Source: Gemmatimonadales bacterium (GTDB lineage: Bacteria > Gemmatimonadota > Gemmatimonadetes > Gemmatimonadales > GWC2-71-9). From it: a stretch of 42,312 bases of DNA. Below are positions 38,016-42,312 of the stretch, piece after piece. Position 1 is the stretch's first letter; each line of letters starts with the position of its first letter. The stretch is taken from positions 1 through 42,312 of the forward strand of contig JBBQFH010000029.1 of the NCBI GenBank assembly GCA_038321865.1. Reading direction: 5' to 3'. A program made the translations under genes and the position numbers. The notes under the pieces were generated by a model. It was given only the letters and a program-made list of their open reading frames with translations, searched no databases and was not told where the DNA came from.

Positions 38016-38237
38016 AACGCGTAAATAAGCGACTGCTCCAATAAGCCTGTGTTCAGCAGGGCGTCAGAGACTGGTTCACGAGGCATAAATCCGGTGGTTT
38101 TCCGGAAAATGTCAAGGCACATATCGGTAAGGGTTTGCGCAACAATTTTGCATAATTGAGCGTATATTTATCACCGATTTAAGCCAGTCTGAGATATCGA
38201 ACACGTTCGGGCGATGCTGGCCATAATCTGTACGTCG
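38016..38237. other. AT-rich intergenic spacer with nested inverted repeats inside the MoxR operon
   Basis: About 46% GC by hand count over 38021-38230, versus roughly 70% in the flanks. Contains several palindromes. Confidence 0.7.
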
Positions 38238-39248
<1,011 letters not shown>

Positions 39249-39255
39249 GGCCGGC

Positions 39256-39927
39256 TCATCCGAGCATCGCCTGCATCACGATGTTGACCCCGAACTTGGT
39301 GTTGTCCTCGGCGAGGAATCGCTTGTTGCGGAAGTCGTAATCCCACTCGCACCCGTAATCCTTGTTGCTGTAGAGGACGGCGACCCGGCCATCGATCTGG
39401 ATCGCCTTGAGGTAGTCGTGCACCAGGTCGTCACCCCACCCGTTGAGCTCGAGCCCGGTGGTGGGCGGCCCCTCCGGAAAGCGGAAGAAGGCCGAGTAGA
39501 GACCGTGCGTCCCGGGCAGCTTCCGGAGGGCCGACGGCCCGAAGATCGCCGCCATCTGGGACTCGAACGACCGGGCGAAGAGCCCATCCACGTCGTGATT
39601 GCAATCGTCCACGAACACGAAGCCGCCGCCCCGGACGAAGCGCTCGAATACATCGCGTTCCCGCCGATCCAGCTGCACCAGCCTGTGACCCGCCAGGTAG
39701 GCGAACGGGGTGTCCAGCACTTCCACGCTGGCGAGATCGACCACGTGCTCCCTCGTGTCGATCTGGACGGTGGTGTACTCCAGCAGCGAATGCAGCAGGT
39801 TGGCCGGCATCCGCTGGTCCACGTCCCAGTCACCCGAGGCGTACCTGAGGCGGACGAAACGAAAGTCCGCCCGCCGGCGGCCGAAGGCCAGCGCCCGGGC
39901 GCCGGCGGTGTCCTCCAGCTCGATCAC
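39256..39927 (-). CDS. DUF4159 family protein
   Basis: FVRLRYASGDWD, GGFVFVDDCNHD, NKDYGCEW, DNTKFGVNIV. Confidence 0.85.
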   Translation of the reverse strand: MIELEDTAGARALAFGRRRADFRFVRLRYASGDWDVDQRMPANLLHSLLEYTTVQIDTREHVVDLASVEVLDTPFAYLAGHRLVQLDRRERDVFERFVRGGGFVFVDDCNHDVDGLFARSFESQMAAIFGPSALRKLPGTHGLYSAFFRFPEGPPTTGLELNGWGDDLVHDYLKAIQIDGRVAVLYSNKDYGCEWDYDFRNKRFLAEDNTKFGVNIVMQAMLG

Positions 39928-39943
39928 CCGGCGAAGCGCCAGC

Positions 39944-41260
39944 TCACACGGCGTCCGACAGCGACGAGAATTCGAAATCCCGCACCCGCATCGGCGGGAT
40001 GAGGCAGCCGCGCACGCGCATCGGGCGTCCCAGGGCCTCGACGTTGTTCAGCATCATCACCGGCGACATGTTGAACCGGAAATTCTTGACCGCGTACCGG
40101 ATCTGCCCATTCTCGACGTAGAACGTCCCGTCCCGGGTCAGCCCCGTGAGCAGGAGCGTCTGCGGGTCCACGAAACGGATGTACCACGTCCGGGTCACCA
40201 GGACGCCGCGCGCGGTATCCCGCACCAGATCCTCGAGCGAGGCGGTGCCGCCTTCCATGATGAGGTTGGCGGGAAACACCGTGGCAGGCTTGTTCTGCTT
40301 CTGCGCCCAGTACCGTGAGTAGGAGAGATTGCTGACGACGCCCTTGTCGATCCAGCGGGTGCGCTCGAAGGCCCGCCCGTCGCCGGCCCACGGCGATGTC
40401 GGGACGTCCGGGTTGGCGGGGTCGGAGGTGATGGTGATCCGCTCGTCGAGCAGCTTCTGGCCGACGCGCGTCTTGCCGCCCGGCGCCGTCAGGAAGCTCC
40501 GACCCTCATCGGCGGAGCGGGCGTCCATGCTGAACGCCATGTCCTGGATCAGCTCGACCGAGGCCTCCGGCTCCAGGATGACGGTGTACTTGCCCGGCTC
40601 GATCGCGCGCGGATTCCTGCTGGCGACCGCCTTGTCCAGCGCGATCTGCGACGTGGCGGCCACGTCGAGCCGGCTCACGTCGTTGTAGTCGCGCGTGACG
40701 TAGCCCGAGCCGGTGCCGTCGTTGCTGCGGATCGTGGTCGAGTAGTTGACCCCGGTTTCCCTGTGATACGCGAAGAGCCCTTTCGAGTTCATCATCGCCG
40801 ACCAGCTCGAGCCATCCTGAATGAAGCCCGCGGCGGTGCACTCCTTCGACCTCGCGCCGCCGATGCTCGACTCGGCCGCCGCGGCGCGATACTCCGGGGT
40901 GATTTGCGCGGTCGAATCGAAGAATGCCGTCGTGGGTAGATAGGTCTGCTGCGGCAGCGGCGGCATGAACTCCGGGTCTTCCGGTGCCAGACGGGCCAGC
41001 TCCTCCGATTCACGCACCACGCGCTCGAGGGCGGCGTCGTCGAACTGGTTGATCGTCGCCGCGCCGGCCCGGCGGCCGAAGCTCGACTGCACCACCAGCG
41101 ACCGATTGGTCGAGGCACCGGCCGTCGTCACCGTGTTGCGGGCGTAGCGGAGGTTGCCGCCGCTGTTGGCGTTGAGGTTCGCCTCACAGGCGTCGGCCTT
41201 CGACAGCTTGATGACGCGCTCGAGAATCGCCCGCGCATCCTGCTCGCTCAGCGGCGGCAT
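39944..41260 (-). CDS. TldE/PmbA-like subunit (no HExxxH)
   Basis: ATG at 41260 (TGATG overlap). LRYARN, IEPGKYTVILEP, TGLTRDGTFYVENG, NFRFN. Confidence 0.9.
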   Translation of the reverse strand: MPPLSEQDARAILERVIKLSKADACEANLNANSGGNLRYARNTVTTAGASTNRSLVVQSSFGRRAGAATINQFDDAALERVVRESEELARLAPEDPEFMPPLPQQTYLPTTAFFDSTAQITPEYRAAAAESSIGGARSKECTAAGFIQDGSSWSAMMNSKGLFAYHRETGVNYSTTIRSNDGTGSGYVTRDYNDVSRLDVAATSQIALDKAVASRNPRAIEPGKYTVILEPEASVELIQDMAFSMDARSADEGRSFLTAPGGKTRVGQKLLDERITITSDPANPDVPTSPWAGDGRAFERTRWIDKGVVSNLSYSRYWAQKQNKPATVFPANLIMEGGTASLEDLVRDTARGVLVTRTWYIRFVDPQTLLLTGLTRDGTFYVENGQIRYAVKNFRFNMSPVMMLNNVEALGRPMRVRGCLIPPMRVRDFEFSSLSDAV

Positions 41261-42312
41261 CAGATCTTCCTCGCCGTATTCAGCACGTTGACGCCGTTGA
41301 AGCGGGTAGTCGAGGAGCCATGGGCAACGGCGCTGATCTGGCCCGGCTCCCCCTTGCCGTCGAAGAACGATCCGCCGAGCCGGTAGTCGCGCCGGTCGCA
41401 GACCTGGACGCAGGAGTTCCAGAATTCGCGGGTGTTGGCCTGGTAGGCCACGTCCCGCAGCATCCCGACGATCTTGCCGCCCTTGATCTCGTAGAAGAGC
41501 TGCCCGCTGAACTGGAAGTTGTAGCGCTGCTGATCGATCGAGTAGGACGATTCGCCGACGATGTAGATCCCCTTGTCCACCCCGGCGATCATCTGCGCCG
41601 GCGTCAGCGGCGCGGCGCCCGGCTGGAGCGACACGTTCGGCATCCGCTGGAACTGCACGTCGCTCCAGCTGTCGGCATAGCAGCAGCCGTCCGACGCCGT
41701 CTGGCCGAGAATGTGGGCCTGGTCGCGGGTCTTCTGGTAATCCACCAGGATGCCGTCCTTGATCAGTGTCCACTCCTTCGTCTTCACCCCCTCGTCGTCA
41801 TAGCCGACCGTCCCCACCGCGTGTGGCTGGGTTTTGTCGGCGAGCATCGTGACCTGGGGGCTGCCGTAGGCGAAGGTCTTGCTCTGCCACTTGTCGAGGG
41901 TGAGGAAGCTGGTGCCGGCGTAATTCGCCTCGTAGCCGAGCACCCGGTCGAGCTCGGTCGGATGGCCGCACGACTCGTGGATCGTGAGCCAGAGATGCGA
42001 GGGGTCGAGGACGAGGTCGTACTTGCCGGCGAGCACCGACTTGGCGGCGAGCTTTTCCCGCGCCTGCGGTGCCGCAAGCTGGGCATCCTCCAGCATGTCG
42101 TAATACGTCGAATACTTCCGCGCGCCCGGCCCGGCGACCTTCCCGGCCGGCCGCCCCGAGAGGTACTCCCACCCCATACCCATCGGCGCACTGAGGGAAT
42201 CGCGCGTCTCGAACTTTCCGCTCGCCTTGTCGATCATGGTAACGCTGAACTGCGGCCAGATCCGGTGCACGTCCTGGTCGATGTAGCTGCCGTCGGTGGA
42301 CGCGAAGTATTT
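41260..42312 (-). CDS. tldD: TldD-like metalloprotease subunit, 3' part; start lies beyond the window
   Basis: HESCGH zinc motif, YDDEGV, QRMPNVSL, SIDQQRYNFQF. Frame is open to the window edge. Confidence 0.92.
   Translation of the reverse strand, partial: KYFASTDGSYIDQDVHRIWPQFSVTMIDKASGKFETRDSLSAPMGMGWEYLSGRPAGKVAGPGARKYSTYYDMLEDAQLAAPQAREKLAAKSVLAGKYDLVLDPSHLWLTIHESCGHPTELDRVLGYEANYAGTSFLTLDKWQSKTFAYGSPQVTMLADKTQPHAVGTVGYDDEGVKTKEWTLIKDGILVDYQKTRDQAHILGQTASDGCCYADSWSDVQFQRMPNVSLQPGAAPLTPAQMIAGVDKGIYIVGESSYSIDQQRYNFQFSGQLFYEIKGGKIVGMLRDVAYQANTREFWNSCVQVCDRRDYRLGGSFFDGKGEPGQISAVAHGSSTTRFNGVNVLNTARKI

Noticed and set aside
38144..38171. Possible dif site (TTATGCAAAAT on the minus strand resembles a XerD arm)
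   Set aside because: No XerC arm ending in ATAA at the 6-bp spacing.
38016..38237. Possible replication origin or 6S RNA
   Set aside because: No TTATCCACA DnaA boxes. The fold is very asymmetric and AT-rich for a 6S RNA in this genome.

Overview
High-GC (about 70%) bacterial chromosomal segment. Gene content and style suggest Gemmatimonadota, which is an inference. In order, the window holds: (i) an ECF sigma / anti-sigma / TPR-protein operon, with an unannotated divergent 48-aa ORF behind a mirror-image ECF-type promoter; (ii) mscS; (iii) two exported beta-propeller proteins, an RND adaptor and two tandem RND permeases, with no outer-membrane channel; (iv) a coiled-coil lipoprotein; (v) a tightly packed gyrA - Ser/Thr dehydratase - diguanylate cyclase - Ser/Thr kinase - dienelactone hydrolase - Dabb - M1 peptidase - lipoprotein run; (vi) TetR divergent from a saccharopine dehydrogenase-like gene and a thioredoxin-like gene; (vii) a Tat-exported Ntn asparaginase coupled to an Omp85 barrel; (viii) NAD salvage genes (PRTase, nicotinamidase) and a class V aminotransferase; (ix) a candidate structured small RNA with a CRP/FNR-like promoter and its own terminator; (x) a TldD - TldE - DUF4159 - MoxR - DUF58(vWA) - BatA - two membrane protein cluster, split by an AT-rich palindrome-rich spacer. 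No tRNA, rRNA, CRISPR array or transposase was seen. The best novelty candidates are the sRNA at about 31673-31850, the bidirectional ECF promoter with its microprotein, and the TldDE-MoxR-vWA system.
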